From: an uncultured Pseudomonadota bacterium
GTDB taxonomy: Bacteria > Pseudomonadota > Alphaproteobacteria > RF32 > CAG-239
NCBI GenBank assembly: GCA_949295005.1
Contig: CASFJL010000003.1
Span: 1,118-65,117 of the forward strand
Direction of reading: 5' to 3'
Length of the DNA: 64,000 nt
Part shown: positions 1 to 10,193 of the stretch, piece after piece
Layout: each line of letters begins with the position of its first letter
Numbering within the stretch: the first letter of the stretch is position 1
The notes under the pieces: model-generated
Told to the model about the DNA's origin: nothing
The model's database searches: none
The model's input: the letters and a program-made list of their open reading frames with translations, nothing else
Translations under genes and position numbers: made by a program

Positions 1-1439
1 GTATCAATATCTGAGTGCAGATATCTGACTTTAATGCCGTTTTCATTTAGGTATTCGGTTAAATCTTCTGCCATTTTCTTGGTTAAGGTGGTGACAAGAA
101 CGCGCTCTCCTTTTTCGGCAGTTTTGCGGCATTCATGCATTAAATCATCAATCTGATCTTCTACCGGTCTGACAATGCAAAGTGGGTCAGACAAGCCCGT
201 TGGGCGAATGACTTGCTCTACAAATACACCGTGGCTTTGTTCTAATTCCCAATCTCCGGGGGTGGCTGAAACAAAAATGGTTTGTCCGCGCATCTTGTCC
301 CATTCATAAAATTTGAGCGGGCGGTTATCTACGCAAGAAGGCAATCTAAAGCCAAACTCTGCCAAAGTGTGTTTGCGGCTATAGTCTCCTTTATACATAC
401 CGCCGATTTGCGGTACGGAAATATGACTCTCGTCAATGAAAATCAAGGCATCGTGCGGTAAATATTCAAATAATGTCGGAGGAGGGTCTCCGGCTTTGCG
501 TCCGGTCAGATATCTTGAATAATTTTCAATTCCTTTGCAATGGCCGGTTGTTTCCAACATTTCAATATCAAATCTGGTTCTTTGTTCTATTCTTTGCGCT
601 TCTACAAGTTTGTTTTGTTCCTTAAACTCTTCTACTCTTTCTTTTAATTCTTTTTTGATGCCGACCAAAGCTTGAGAAATTGCCGGACGAGGGGTAACAT
701 AGTGGTTGGCCGGATAAATGGTAACATTGTTTAAGGATGCAGTTTTTTTGCCGGTGAGAGAATCAAACTCATGAATTGTTTCAATCTCATCTCCAAAGAA
801 AGATATTCTCCATGCACGATCTTCATAATGCGCCGGAAAAATATCTAAAACATCTCCGTTGATGCGAAATGTACTGCGCACAAAGTTATTTTGATTCCTT
901 TCATATTGGAGCTCTGCTAATCTTTTGGCAACGTCTTTGATGCTGATTTCTTCGCCAACCTCTAAAGGAATGGTCATGGCAGAATAAGATTCAACATCTC
1001 CCAATCCATAGATGCAAGAAACAGATGCAACAATGATAACATCTCTGTTTTCTAACAAGCTTCTGGTAGCAGCGTTTCTCATACGGTCTATTTGTTCATT
1101 TAAAGCAGAATCTTTTTCTATATAAGTATCTGTTTTGGGAATATAGGCTTCCGGCTGATAATAATCATAATAAGATACAAAATATTCAACATGATTGTCA
1201 GGAAAAAATTCTTTCATTTCAGAGTATAATTGTGCTGCCAAAATTTTATTAGGCGCCATAATCAGAGCAGGGCGTTGGGTCTGTTCTATAATCTTGGCCA
1301 TTGTAAAAGTTTTGCCGGAACCGGTTACCCCTAACAATACTTGAGATGCCATACCTTGATTGAGCCCTTCGCAAAGTTCTTTAATCGCTTGAGGTTGGTC
1401 TCCGGCAGGCGCAAATGGTGAATGTATTTTAAATGGCAT
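1..1439 (-). CDS. uvrB: Excinuclease ABC subunit B (UvrB), 5' portion; the 3' end lies beyond position 1
   Basis: It is absent from the ORF track because it runs off the window. The reverse complement from 1439 reads [52 protein letters not shown] (Walker A) and, near position 1, [37 protein letters not shown]. The ATG is at 1439-1437 with a GAGGGA RBS. Confidence 0.95.
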   Translation of the reverse strand, partial: MPFKIHSPFAPAGDQPQAIKELCEGLNQGMASQVLLGVTGSGKTFTMAKIIEQTQRPALIMAPNKILAAQLYSEMKEFFPDNHVEYFVSYYDYYQPEAYIPKTDTYIEKDSALNEQIDRMRNAATRSLLENRDVIIVASVSCIYGLGDVESYSAMTIPLEVGEEISIKDVAKRLAELQYERNQNNFVRSTFRINGDVLDIFPAHYEDRAWRISFFGDEIETIHEFDSLTGKKTASLNNVTIYPANHYVTPRPAISQALVGIKKELKERVEEFKEQNKLVEAQRIEQRTRFDIEMLETTGHCKGIENYSRYLTGRKAGDPPPTLFEYLPHDALIFIDESHISVPQIGGMYKGDYSRKHTLAEFGFRLPSCVDNRPLKFYEWDKMRGQTIFVSATPGDWELEQSHGVFVEQVIRPTGLSDPLCIVRPVEDQIDDLMHECRKTAEKGERVLVTTLTKKMAEDLTEYLNENGIKVRYLHSDID

Positions 1440-1449
1440 TTCCCTCGTC

Positions 1450-4326
1450 CTACTTTATTGGAACTTGTTGCGGCATTTGATTGCGTAAATTATCATTATA
1501 TATTTTTGAAAAATCACTATATGCAGCAATCCCTTCTACGGCTTGATTAATTGCTGACATATCAACTTTATTTGTCTCTAAATTAGAGGTTAATATATTA
1601 AAGCTGCTATATTGCGGTGTGTCCTTAAAATATGGTAAAAATGTGTTCCTAATTCTATAAATTACGGTTGTTTTACCTGCTTTCTTTAAGGCTAATACCC
1701 AATCTAATATATAGTTTATTTGTTCTGGTTTAAGTTGTTTTCCTTTTTGTGGCTTTTCTATTAAAAATTTAATTGTGTCTGCGGCTTTGCTCCAATTTTC
1801 CGACTTCCAATATATTTCTGTTTTTAACAATAAAGCATTTTTGCTCATATCTCCTTTTAAGAGATTTAAGGCATCTTCTGTTCTTTTTAAGTTGGATAAA
1901 GCTTGAGCCTTTATAATTTTTCTGTATTTTTTTTGGTTTGCCGATATTTCCTGATTATCCGTATTTTCCAATATTTTTAGTGCAGCGATATTATCTTCTT
2001 GAAACAAATATATTAAAGCTAATCTTGCTCCTATTTGTGATATTTGTTCTTTAGATAAATTAGGTCTCCTGAGTTGCTCTGTTAAGATGTTGGCTGCACT
2101 TTCCAACAAATCAATAGCAACCATTCTATCGGCTACTTTTTGCGCTATTTCTGTATATGATCTGCTTCTGGGGGCTAACCATGCATAATCTTTGTATAAT
2201 GCAATGGTTTTTAATGCGCTCATTTCATCTGCTCTGTTATTTAAATATATGTCTTCAAAAAGCCTTACCATTTTATCTATGATAACTTCATCTTCTTCCT
2301 GATTTGCCAAATTGAGACTTTCTTGATAGATGCTCAATGCTTTGTCATATTCTTTGTTTAAGATATATACATCTGCTAATTTGTTTAAAAGCATTTGTTT
2401 AAAAACAGGTTCTCCCCATGCATAACGTAATTTTTGCAGCTCTGAAATTGCATTTGAATATGAAATATTATTTAATCTTAATGCCAAATTTATTTTTTCA
2501 TATCTTGATAAGGCATTATATTTTTGTGAGTTGTATAATAAGGATGCTGAATATTCTTTCATCGCATTGCTTGGGTAGCCTTGCGCTGCCAATTTTTGTG
2601 CGTTCAAATATAATATTTGTGCCTTTTTAGCTCCCATGTCTTTTGAATTTTTTAAAATATCCATAAAGTTTTGAGTTGAAATGTCATCATAAGATTTTAT
2701 GGCTGTTTCAGCTGCGACCAACGCTATTCTTTCTTTTAACTCTTGAGGATAATCTTTTATGATTGATATATATGTTAAAAGAATAATATTGTTTTCTTTT
2801 TCATAACTTATTGCTGATGATGATAATGTTCTCCAAAATATTGCTTGATTGCTATTTGCTATAGATGGCTGTGAAAAATCTTTAATGGCGTCTTCATATC
2901 TGCGGAGTAAAAAGTTGCCAATACCTTCTAATGCATAATATGTTTCCGTTTTTATCTTGGGTTTAATCTCTTCTAAAAGATGCAGAGCCTCTGTTCCTAA
3001 TCCCATGCCTAAGTAATATTTGACTAATCTAAGTTGAGCTCCCGTTTGGGCGGTACCTTTTGCTGAGTTGATATCTTCTTGCAATTGTTGTTCTGCCTGT
3101 AAAAAGCTTAGCTGGTATATTTGTTCCGGAAGTTTTAGGTCAAAAACATCTGTGTCTGCTTCTTGTTTTAAGCTTTGTTGACGCTTGAGCATATCTAAAT
3201 TATCTGATATGTTTAAGCCTCTTTTTTCTCCTTTGATGCTAAATCCGCTTATTCCCTTGGTTAGGGTGATGTCTGATGCATTAGGAATGATGGCAAAACC
3301 TTGTTTTGATTTTAAAATTTCAAAATCTTGATATTTATAATCCTCATTAATGGCCTCTTTTATGGCTGTGTTTGTTCCCATTAAAATCACATCTCCAATC
3401 TCCGGATCTATAATAGAGATGACATTTCCGCCTGAATTGGTGGGAATATATAAATAAGATTGTTTCATACTGTCATATTGCACAAATATAGGTAATTCAT
3501 TAACTCGGTATTCTATATTGTGTGTGTATAAGTCTATAATCCACAACAAACCTTCTTGTCTTAAGCCGATTTTTACATCTTTTCTGGGGGTTATTCTTAA
3601 GATTGTGGCTTTGGTTGACGGAAGTTGAATGATATCTTCTACCAATAAATTGCTTTGACGCTTGAGCTCGTCAATATCAATTGTCCTTACATGATCAAAT
3701 GCTATCCAGATGTATTTTCCTCTAGAAAAAACACTCAAACCAACTTCCGTATTCCATGGAAATGCTAAGCTGATTACCTCGTCTTTTTTAGTCAAGTCTT
3801 GATGCTTGTTATTTGCAAAAATAGAAGCCTGAGCTCCATTTGTTTGGGTAGATGTTTTGGCTACCGGTGCAAATTTTAGACTAATGCGATTGTTCTTTTC
3901 TTCAGAATTTAATAAGGTATTAGGAAGCCTTAAGGTTATGCCTCCAAACTTGTTTTTAGTTTTTTCTATTTTTTTATTGAAACAATCTTTTAAATTTTGC
4001 TCTTGTAATGTGACATTGTTTAAAAATGATACAAAAGTTGCATCTTTTTCAGACATTATTGAATATTTTGGTTTGTCTTTATATTGAAAAATAATGCTTG
4101 CATTTTTGTCATTCAACAAACAATCTGCATAAATAATGTTTTTTGCATTTTTACTTATGTCTTTTTCTGAAACCTCTTGTAGTTCTATAATCAGCTGTTT
4201 TTTATTATTATCTCTGATGTTTTCTGTTTGCGCCCAAGATGTGTTATATGAACAAATACATAACATTAATATTGTTATGTATTTGATATATTTGGGATGA
4301 AATATTTTTTTTAATATCTTTAGCAC
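1450..4326 (-). CDS. Secreted 958-aa protein with a C-terminal TPR-like helical repeat region; last gene of the fliLM-linked array; function unknown
   Basis: Long ORF with an N-terminal Sec-type signal ([17 protein letters not shown]). The C-terminal half has recurrent TPR-like helix pairs ([47 protein letters not shown]). The upstream gene is 11 nt away. I recognise no named family. Confidence 0.6.
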   Translation of the reverse strand: MLKILKKIFHPKYIKYITILMLCICSYNTSWAQTENIRDNNKKQLIIELQEVSEKDISKNAKNIIYADCLLNDKNASIIFQYKDKPKYSIMSEKDATFVSFLNNVTLQEQNLKDCFNKKIEKTKNKFGGITLRLPNTLLNSEEKNNRISLKFAPVAKTSTQTNGAQASIFANNKHQDLTKKDEVISLAFPWNTEVGLSVFSRGKYIWIAFDHVRTIDIDELKRQSNLLVEDIIQLPSTKATILRITPRKDVKIGLRQEGLLWIIDLYTHNIEYRVNELPIFVQYDSMKQSYLYIPTNSGGNVISIIDPEIGDVILMGTNTAIKEAINEDYKYQDFEILKSKQGFAIIPNASDITLTKGISGFSIKGEKRGLNISDNLDMLKRQQSLKQEADTDVFDLKLPEQIYQLSFLQAEQQLQEDINSAKGTAQTGAQLRLVKYYLGMGLGTEALHLLEEIKPKIKTETYYALEGIGNFLLRRYEDAIKDFSQPSIANSNQAIFWRTLSSSAISYEKENNIILLTYISIIKDYPQELKERIALVAAETAIKSYDDISTQNFMDILKNSKDMGAKKAQILYLNAQKLAAQGYPSNAMKEYSASLLYNSQKYNALSRYEKINLALRLNNISYSNAISELQKLRYAWGEPVFKQMLLNKLADVYILNKEYDKALSIYQESLNLANQEEDEVIIDKMVRLFEDIYLNNRADEMSALKTIALYKDYAWLAPRSRSYTEIAQKVADRMVAIDLLESAANILTEQLRRPNLSKEQISQIGARLALIYLFQEDNIAALKILENTDNQEISANQKKYRKIIKAQALSNLKRTEDALNLLKGDMSKNALLLKTEIYWKSENWSKAADTIKFLIEKPQKGKQLKPEQINYILDWVLALKKAGKTTVIYRIRNTFLPYFKDTPQYSSFNILTSNLETNKVDMSAINQAVEGIAAYSDFSKIYNDNLRNQMPQQVPIK

Positions 4327-4337
4327 AAATTTTTCCT

Positions 4338-4985
4338 TTATATATTTTTACCAATTAAAGCTGTGGTTACTTCTCTTGCTTTTATAGAATCCATTTGCGA
4401 TAATATGGCTGAAGAAGAACTGGGTTTCATCTGTCTTAATATGGCAACCAAAATATCTATATCAAAGGTGTTAAAAATTCTTGCAGCGTCTTTGGGTTTC
4501 ATTGTTGCATACATCTTTACCAATGAAGCTAATTGTTCTTGTTCTTGCTCATTATATCTATTGATTAATTTTTGCAATTTTTCTTCATAGCTTTTTAATT
4601 GAGCTAATTTTTTATCTATTTCATCTTCTGCGACCTTTAATTGCAGAGCTTTTTTATCAATTTCTTCAGAACGGACATCAAGAGCTTCTCTTCTTTCTGC
4701 TAATTCTTGTAATATATTGATTTCAGATTGGCTGAAACTGGAATTATTCTGCGCGTTTCCCATATTTGGAATGTTATGACCATCTAAAATTTGGTTTAAT
4801 TGTTGTGTTTCTGCTTTTTCTTGTTCTTCTGCCAAGGCTTTGTTTTGTGATATGCTTATTTTGGGCAGCTCACGATTGATTATGGTATTGTATACATAAT
4901 TTATTTTTACAGATAAAGATAATACTCCCACAAAAATAAAGATGGGAAGCAAGCGTATTTTATTTTTCTTTTTTTGAATATACAT
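4338..4985 (-). CDS. MotE/FlbB-like flagellar-locus protein (membrane anchor, coiled coil, MgtE-N-like C-terminal domain)
   Basis: N-terminal hydrophobic anchor (LLPIFIFVGVLSLSV) and a Q/E/K-rich coiled coil. The C-terminal LASLVKMYATMKPKDAARIFNTFDIDILVAILRQMKPSSSSAILSQMD resembles the MgtE-N-type repeat of MotE-like proteins. It sits inside the fliLM array. Confidence 0.55.
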   Translation of the reverse strand: MYIQKKKNKIRLLPIFIFVGVLSLSVKINYVYNTIINRELPKISISQNKALAEEQEKAETQQLNQILDGHNIPNMGNAQNNSSFSQSEINILQELAERREALDVRSEEIDKKALQLKVAEDEIDKKLAQLKSYEEKLQKLINRYNEQEQEQLASLVKMYATMKPKDAARIFNTFDIDILVAILRQMKPSSSSAILSQMDSIKAREVTTALIGKNI

Positions 4986-5000
4986 GTTTTCTTTATCCTT

Positions 5001-5435
5001 TTATTTTATTGAGCGGAGAGCTTTTAACAATTCCATCTCTGCTTCAGATCTTTCATCTTCTTTGGTTTTTTGTGAATATGGTGCCATCTCTATGCTTGAT
5101 TCCTTTATTTGTCGACCGTTTTTTATGGCGCCTTCTAAACGATCTGCCAAATTATCGGCTCTTTCATTTATAAACATCAAATCATTTTTTAATTCTTTTG
5201 CGCTATCAACAACTTCTTTCAAATTATTGCTTGAATTTTCCGTAACGGTTTTTAATTTGGGAATGCTGTTTTCTGCTTTATATGTGGCTTCATTTAACGC
5301 TTCTATCAGCTTAAATAGTTCACTTTGGTTTTCCCTCATTAAATTTAAGTTTTTATCTAATTGATAAACATAAATAATTGTTGGAATCAGCAATATAATG
5401 ACAATCAAATTTATAAATAAATCTAAATTATCCAT
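5001..5435 (-). CDS. Small membrane-anchored coiled-coil protein of the flagellar locus (uncharacterised)
   Basis: 144 aa with one N-terminal TM helix (LFINLIVIILLIPTIIYVY) followed by a predicted coiled coil. Its start overlaps the fliM stop by 8 nt, suggesting translational coupling. Confidence 0.5.
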   Translation of the reverse strand: MDNLDLFINLIVIILLIPTIIYVYQLDKNLNLMRENQSELFKLIEALNEATYKAENSIPKLKTVTENSSNNLKEVVDSAKELKNDLMFINERADNLADRLEGAIKNGRQIKESSIEMAPYSQKTKEDERSEAEMELLKALRSIK

Positions 5436-6495
5436 TTTTTTCAGCCTTTCCTTTTACCTTTATTACAACTTTTTTTCCTTTTCTGCCCATAGAACCTGTT
5501 AATAACGGAACATCTCCGCATAAAATTGATATGTCATCGTTGGGGAACATTTCTAAAGGCAAAAAAGATCCTTCTTTCCATGAAGAAATTTCTCCGAATT
5601 TTACTTCAACATCTTTCATTACGGCTTTTAGTTCTACGTCTGTTTCCCATAATTGTTCCATTAAATGGTTTTCCCAAATGGCATCTCGGCCAAATCTTTC
5701 CCCCATGAACATTTGCAATAAGAGTTCTCTTATCGGTTCAAGCGTGGCATATGGAATCATTAAATCAATTTTGCCGCCTCTGTCTTCCATATCTACTCTT
5801 AAACGCGCAACAATAACCGCATTGGATAATCGGGAAATGGTTGCAAAACGAGGGTTTGTCTCTGTTCTGTCATAGCTGAAATTTACTGAGGTTATTGGGT
5901 CAAAGGCCGTTGACAAGTCATTGAGAATAAGCTGAATCATATCTTTAACAAGGTTTAATTCAATTGTGGTGTAGGGGCGTCCTTCTATTCTCATGGCGGC
6001 AGTACCACGTCTGCCTCCAAGCAAAACATCTACAATCGAATATACCAAAGAGCTATCAAGAGATATCAAACCATAATTATCCCATTCTTCTGCTTTAAAG
6101 ACTGTAAGTAAGGTGGGTAAGGTTAGGGCGTCTATATATTCTCCAAAACGCATTGATTCAATTGATTCTAAAGATACTTCAACATTATCTTGGGTAAAAT
6201 TTCTTAATGAAGTTGCCATAAGACGAATTAATCTATCAAATACAATTTCTAACATTGGCAAGCGTTCATATGAAACTAAGCTACTGTTTAAAATTGCATG
6301 CACACCTGTTTTAAAGGCATGTGGCGAATTTTCATCATATTCTTCCGAATGATACCCTAATAAAGAATCTATCTCTTCTTGATTTAAGATTTTTCCGCCA
6401 TCTCCATCAGCGTAAGAAGTTGCCTCATCCTGAACTTCTATTTTATCTGTCCAGTCACTGTTTGAAGCTTGTGCTTTGTTATTTTCTTCTACCAC
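5428..6495 (-). CDS. fliM: Flagellar motor switch protein FliM
   Basis: 355 aa. The N-terminal LNQEEIDSLLG matches the CheY-P-binding LSQxEIDxLL motif. The central FliM region and C-terminal FliN-like (SpoA) region are colinear, and fliL is adjacent. Confidence 0.9.
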   Translation of the reverse strand: MVEENNKAQASNSDWTDKIEVQDEATSYADGDGGKILNQEEIDSLLGYHSEEYDENSPHAFKTGVHAILNSSLVSYERLPMLEIVFDRLIRLMATSLRNFTQDNVEVSLESIESMRFGEYIDALTLPTLLTVFKAEEWDNYGLISLDSSLVYSIVDVLLGGRRGTAAMRIEGRPYTTIELNLVKDMIQLILNDLSTAFDPITSVNFSYDRTETNPRFATISRLSNAVIVARLRVDMEDRGGKIDLMIPYATLEPIRELLLQMFMGERFGRDAIWENHLMEQLWETDVELKAVMKDVEVKFGEISSWKEGSFLPLEMFPNDDISILCGDVPLLTGSMGRKGKKVVIKVKGKAEKNG

Positions 6496-6516
6496 CTTGA
6501 TTTCCTTGTCTTATAT

Positions 6517-7041
6517 CTATATGTTCTTTTCAATTTCAATATTTTTTATGTTAATATCTGCAATGTTTATTGGATTGGCTGCCAAACGCAGTCTATATAA
6601 AAGCTCTTGTTTTAACCAATACATTCCTTCTGTTCCGCTGATTTCACTGCTCATTAATCCGTTAACATGAGCTAGGGTTATGTCATATAGGCGAGGCAGC
6701 AATATTTCTATTTTGGCAATGTCTTCTTTGTTGGTTAATTCAATGGTTAGGTTTAATCTTACAATTTCACTTGCAGATGAGGTCTTTTTTAAAGGTGCAC
6801 TGATTTCAGGTAAGTCATAAAAAATTAACGGCTGTTGCTCTGTCCCTTCTGCTTGGGGCAATATTTTATAAGCACCGCTTTCTTTGTTAGAGCCGGAAGA
6901 ACCAAAAGTATGATACATACCAACAGCAATTCCGATTGCGATTAATATGGGCAAAAGAAAGATAATAATTTTCTTTTTATTTATTTTTGAAGTTTGTTCT
7001 TCCTCTTCTTCAAGTGTATCAAATTCATCAAATTCAGCCAT
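6517..7041 (-). CDS. fliL: Flagellar basal-body-associated protein FliL
   Basis: 174 aa with an acidic N-terminus and a single TM (IIIFLLPILIAIGIAVGMY). The FliL-type C-terminal domain reads FYDLPEISAPL...VRLNLTIELTN...LLPRLYDITLAHV...EGMYWLKQELLYRL. It lies directly upstream of fliM. Confidence 0.8.
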   Translation of the reverse strand: MAEFDEFDTLEEEEEQTSKINKKKIIIFLLPILIAIGIAVGMYHTFGSSGSNKESGAYKILPQAEGTEQQPLIFYDLPEISAPLKKTSSASEIVRLNLTIELTNKEDIAKIEILLPRLYDITLAHVNGLMSSEISGTEGMYWLKQELLYRLRLAANPINIADINIKNIEIEKNI

Positions 7042-7168
7042 ATAATACCCCAGATATTGTCCCTGATATATAGATTAACCCTTGTTGGATATTATATTAT
7101 TTATTTTATAAATAAAACTTAATTTTTTATGTTTTATACATATATATTTTTATTTTGCAGATTTTAAT

Positions 7169-7198
7169 AAAAAAACCGGCTTAATGCCGGTTTTTTTA
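7169..7198 (-). terminator. Rho-independent terminator downstream of the 990-aa pilin-like gene
   Basis: aaaaaaaCCGGCttaatGCCGGttttttt: a 5-bp GC stem flanked by A and T runs, so it could work in either direction. It lies immediately after the stop at 7201. Confidence 0.6.
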
Positions 7199-7200
7199 TC

Positions 7201-10173
7201 TTACCACATAGTGTCATAACGCAGTGTTGGATCATTACTCAGTGTTGGATCATTTAATTTTAATTTACCTGATTTTGGCGAAGACTCACCATATCTAATG
7301 CTACCTACTTTTGCTTCATGCGGAAGATAGTGGTCAACATATTTTTCATTAAAATTTTTTCTGTCAAAATAACAATAAATTGTGGCAATGGCAGAAAGTT
7401 CTTGCTGATATACCGGAAATAAGTTCCATATAATATCATCTGCAACATAGTGGCCTCCGGTGTAGCTGTTATATTGCTGTGCCGGATAAATAAAGCCCAT
7501 AATTCCATGCCAGCCTTGGAATTTATCGCCGATAGAATATTTTTTGATGGTGGTGTTTAACCAGGTGTTGATTTGAAAATTGTATGGCATGTTATAAATA
7601 TCTGCCCAATATTCAGGAGTGACATAACTTCCATCATTAATACTATATGAATTTGCGCCTTCTCCGGAGTTATTTGATATGGCAACAAACGGATAATATA
7701 CTGTTTCTGCTGAGCTGCCGGATGATTTTATTTTTAACTTGGATCCTGTCGGATTAAAGGATTGTGCTATGGTAACAGCAGGGTTACCTCCAGACGTTGT
7801 ATTTCCTGTTCCAACAGCCATACCGGCTTGTGCCATATTAAAACGAATTGGCGTGATGGTGGCAACAGCGGCATAATTTGGCGGACAATGCGGCGTTGGT
7901 ATAAAGCCCAGCCATGCAGAGGCGTTATTGCAGCCATTGCAATCTAGTAATCCACTTAATTTACCAGTTGCAGGCTCCACGCCGTTCGTTTCCCAACTAA
8001 CATCGCCAGCATAAGTGTTGTCTAAAACATAGATACCTTTGTTGATAAAATCCGGCAAAATATCACTTAAACGTGCGCCGCCGCGTGTGGCCAGCTTGAT
8101 GTCATTCATCATGGATGTATATGCCGGATTAACCTCAAATTGATATTTTCCGCCGGTTCCATCTGCTGTTGAAACATTTTCATCTTGAGTATTGCTTATA
8201 AAACTGTCTGCTTTAATATAACCCGTTCTTGAGGAAGGTGTTTTTTTTCTTTCTTCATTTGTCGTCATTATCTCAATAGCACCCTTACGGATATGAACTG
8301 AACTGTTATAAGCATTTCCGTATGGGTCTGTATAATATCCACTTTCTGTGGTAGATGGAGATATGGTAAGCACATCATTTCCAGATACGCCAAAATATGA
8401 ATTAACATGCACATTATTTTCAGATACCATTAATTCTGGTTGGGCACCATCTGCCCTCTTTCCCGAACTTATATATGTTTGCCCATTTGTTGCTTTGAAG
8501 TTAATTGCATTGGCATTACCGGCTAATCCGATAGTTACATTTTTTCCATCGGCATATCGCATTTCAACTTGATCAAGATTTGCGTATAAGCCTTGATGTT
8601 CTCCATTTGCATTTGAATTTCCTACATTTAACTCTTTAATAAATGTTTCGCCATCAGCAGATTTTACTGTCAAAGCATCATCTCCGGCGCTGTCTAAAAC
8701 AGCAAAGTCGGCTCTAACAGTTGTGTTTCCTGATGTTTCTGCCACGCTTAATCCATAATTGTTCGTGGTTCCAATTCTTCCGGCTTGAAAGTTCTTTTCA
8801 ACAGACAAATCATCAATTATTGTATCTCCATAAACTCTTAAATTGGCATTGTTTGTTTCTGTTCCAATTTCAACATTTCTGGCCTTTTGAATTGTAAGTG
8901 TGCTATCATAAAAATTGGCTTTGGAAGAATCTGCGGTAATGACATAATTTGATGTTTCATCTTTAATTGCAGATAATGTTCCGTCAATGGTTGTGCTTCC
9001 TTTAATTGTTGTGTTACCGGTAGCGTCTACCGTAAAGTTGTTTGACATTAATGATGCTTCACTTTGATCTACTTTAAACAAAGGTGTCGCACTGTTTCCA
9101 AACTGAATAAATGATTGCCCGCCATTATAGTTGGCTTGAAAACGTCCGCCTAAGGCTTGCATACTTCCGGTATTTCCATCTACCATAAATTTGGCTGAAG
9201 AATCTGTTGTATCTGCTCCAACATATAATTTAGGTTTGATTTGAGTATATTCACTATCAGCAATAAAGTTTTCTTCGGCGGCTTTTAAGGTTAAAGAGAA
9301 TACACCGTCTCCGGTTACATCTAAAGTGGTGTCTGAATCGTTTGAGCCTTTAATATTGATTGAATCTCCGGCGGCAATTAAATCTTGCAACCTTTCAATG
9401 GCGTTTTGTCCCATATCCAAAGCTGTTTCCATTTGGTTTAATTGCGGCATGCCGGGAACGTCTACTCTGTATAATACTTTTGTTCCACCGGCTGTTCCGT
9501 CTGCAACCGCTTCAATAGATGTGGCAACAATAGTGCCGTCTTTTAAATTGTTTTTGATTTCTTCCGGAAATTCATCTGTCGGTATTTCCCAAACACCTTG
9601 AACTCCGGTGGCTTTGTCTCCGCTGACATAACCACCGTTTGTTCCAATCATAGAGGCAATTCGAGATGTTCTTATTTTGCTAAAACTTTCTCCTCCGTCA
9701 TTGGGATGCGCAACCAAAACAGTGGTCAGTGCTTTTCTGGTACCGTTTGGGTCTTTTGTCTCTTTAATAACTACTTGCAAATCTCTAAAAATTTTTCCTT
9801 GGTTTTGAAAACCAATAGGAAGATAATCTCTAAAGTGCTCTATATTAATTGGGGTTGAGGTCTTGGTATCTGTATCAGCATTGGCAAAACCAAATTCTCC
9901 GTAATCAACTTCTTTATGCGCTTCGTCTGCTGAATTTGATGTGACTGTTCCACCGGCAACAATTGTGTTGTAGTTGTCTCTTAAATATGAATCAATGCCG
10001 TTGACAACAGTTCTGATTTGGCTGGCCGCATTGATATCTTGCATTTCATTTGTTCTTTCTGCAGCTTTTTTGTATATAACAGGAGTTACCATGGAAATTA
10101 AACCAAGCATGGCCAAAGCTTCAACCATGAGGCTACCGCTTTGTGATCTTAATTTATTAATTTCTCTTAACAT
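7201..10173 (-). CDS. Giant (990 aa) protein with a type IV pilin/pseudopilin-like class III signal peptide and a long repeat-rich fibre-like body
   Basis: The N-terminus MLREINKLRSQSG/SLMVEALAMLGLISMVTPVIY has a basic leader, Gly at -1, Glu at +5 and about 20 hydrophobic residues. LYRVDVPGMPQLNQMETALDMGQNAI recalls the PilV/shufflon N-terminal constant region (from memory). The middle is G/T/S/N/D-rich beta-repeat-like sequence, and the C-terminal domain contains Cys, Trp and Tyr. Confidence 0.7.
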   Translation of the reverse strand: MLREINKLRSQSGSLMVEALAMLGLISMVTPVIYKKAAERTNEMQDINAASQIRTVVNGIDSYLRDNYNTIVAGGTVTSNSADEAHKEVDYGEFGFANADTDTKTSTPINIEHFRDYLPIGFQNQGKIFRDLQVVIKETKDPNGTRKALTTVLVAHPNDGGESFSKIRTSRIASMIGTNGGYVSGDKATGVQGVWEIPTDEFPEEIKNNLKDGTIVATSIEAVADGTAGGTKVLYRVDVPGMPQLNQMETALDMGQNAIERLQDLIAAGDSINIKGSNDSDTTLDVTGDGVFSLTLKAAEENFIADSEYTQIKPKLYVGADTTDSSAKFMVDGNTGSMQALGGRFQANYNGGQSFIQFGNSATPLFKVDQSEASLMSNNFTVDATGNTTIKGSTTIDGTLSAIKDETSNYVITADSSKANFYDSTLTIQKARNVEIGTETNNANLRVYGDTIIDDLSVEKNFQAGRIGTTNNYGLSVAETSGNTTVRADFAVLDSAGDDALTVKSADGETFIKELNVGNSNANGEHQGLYANLDQVEMRYADGKNVTIGLAGNANAINFKATNGQTYISSGKRADGAQPELMVSENNVHVNSYFGVSGNDVLTISPSTTESGYYTDPYGNAYNSSVHIRKGAIEIMTTNEERKKTPSSRTGYIKADSFISNTQDENVSTADGTGGKYQFEVNPAYTSMMNDIKLATRGGARLSDILPDFINKGIYVLDNTYAGDVSWETNGVEPATGKLSGLLDCNGCNNASAWLGFIPTPHCPPNYAAVATITPIRFNMAQAGMAVGTGNTTSGGNPAVTIAQSFNPTGSKLKIKSSGSSAETVYYPFVAISNNSGEGANSYSINDGSYVTPEYWADIYNMPYNFQINTWLNTTIKKYSIGDKFQGWHGIMGFIYPAQQYNSYTGGHYVADDIIWNLFPVYQQELSAIATIYCYFDRKNFNEKYVDHYLPHEAKVGSIRYGESSPKSGKLKLNDPTLSNDPTLRYDTMW
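7222..7254 (-). repeat. 18-nt tandem duplication at the 3' end of the pilin-like gene
   Basis: cagtgttggatcatt occurs at 7222-7236 and again at 7240-7254. It encodes the duplicated NDPTL(S/R) near the C-terminus (KLNDPTLSNDPTLRYDTMW). Confidence 0.8.
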
Positions 10174-10193
10174 GTGTCTTCTCCTTGAATTTT

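Noticed and set aside
7042-7200. CtrA boxes (TTAA-N7-TTAA) and sigma54/sigma28 promoters upstream of fliL. Near-CtrA-boxes also occur upstream of gcrA and orf481 (45605-45754).
   Set aside because: Only one-mismatch versions were found (TTAAGTTTTATTTAT; TTAAACTCCGTTTAG). In DNA this AT-rich, such matches are expected by chance, and I cannot compute significance by eye.
7201-10173. Possibility that the PilV-like gene is part of a shufflon (invertible C-terminal cassettes).
   Set aside because: There is no rci-type recombinase, and no silent C-terminal cassettes lie downstream; fliL follows after a terminator. I saw no obvious inverted ~19-bp sfx-like repeats around the 3' end, only a small direct duplication.
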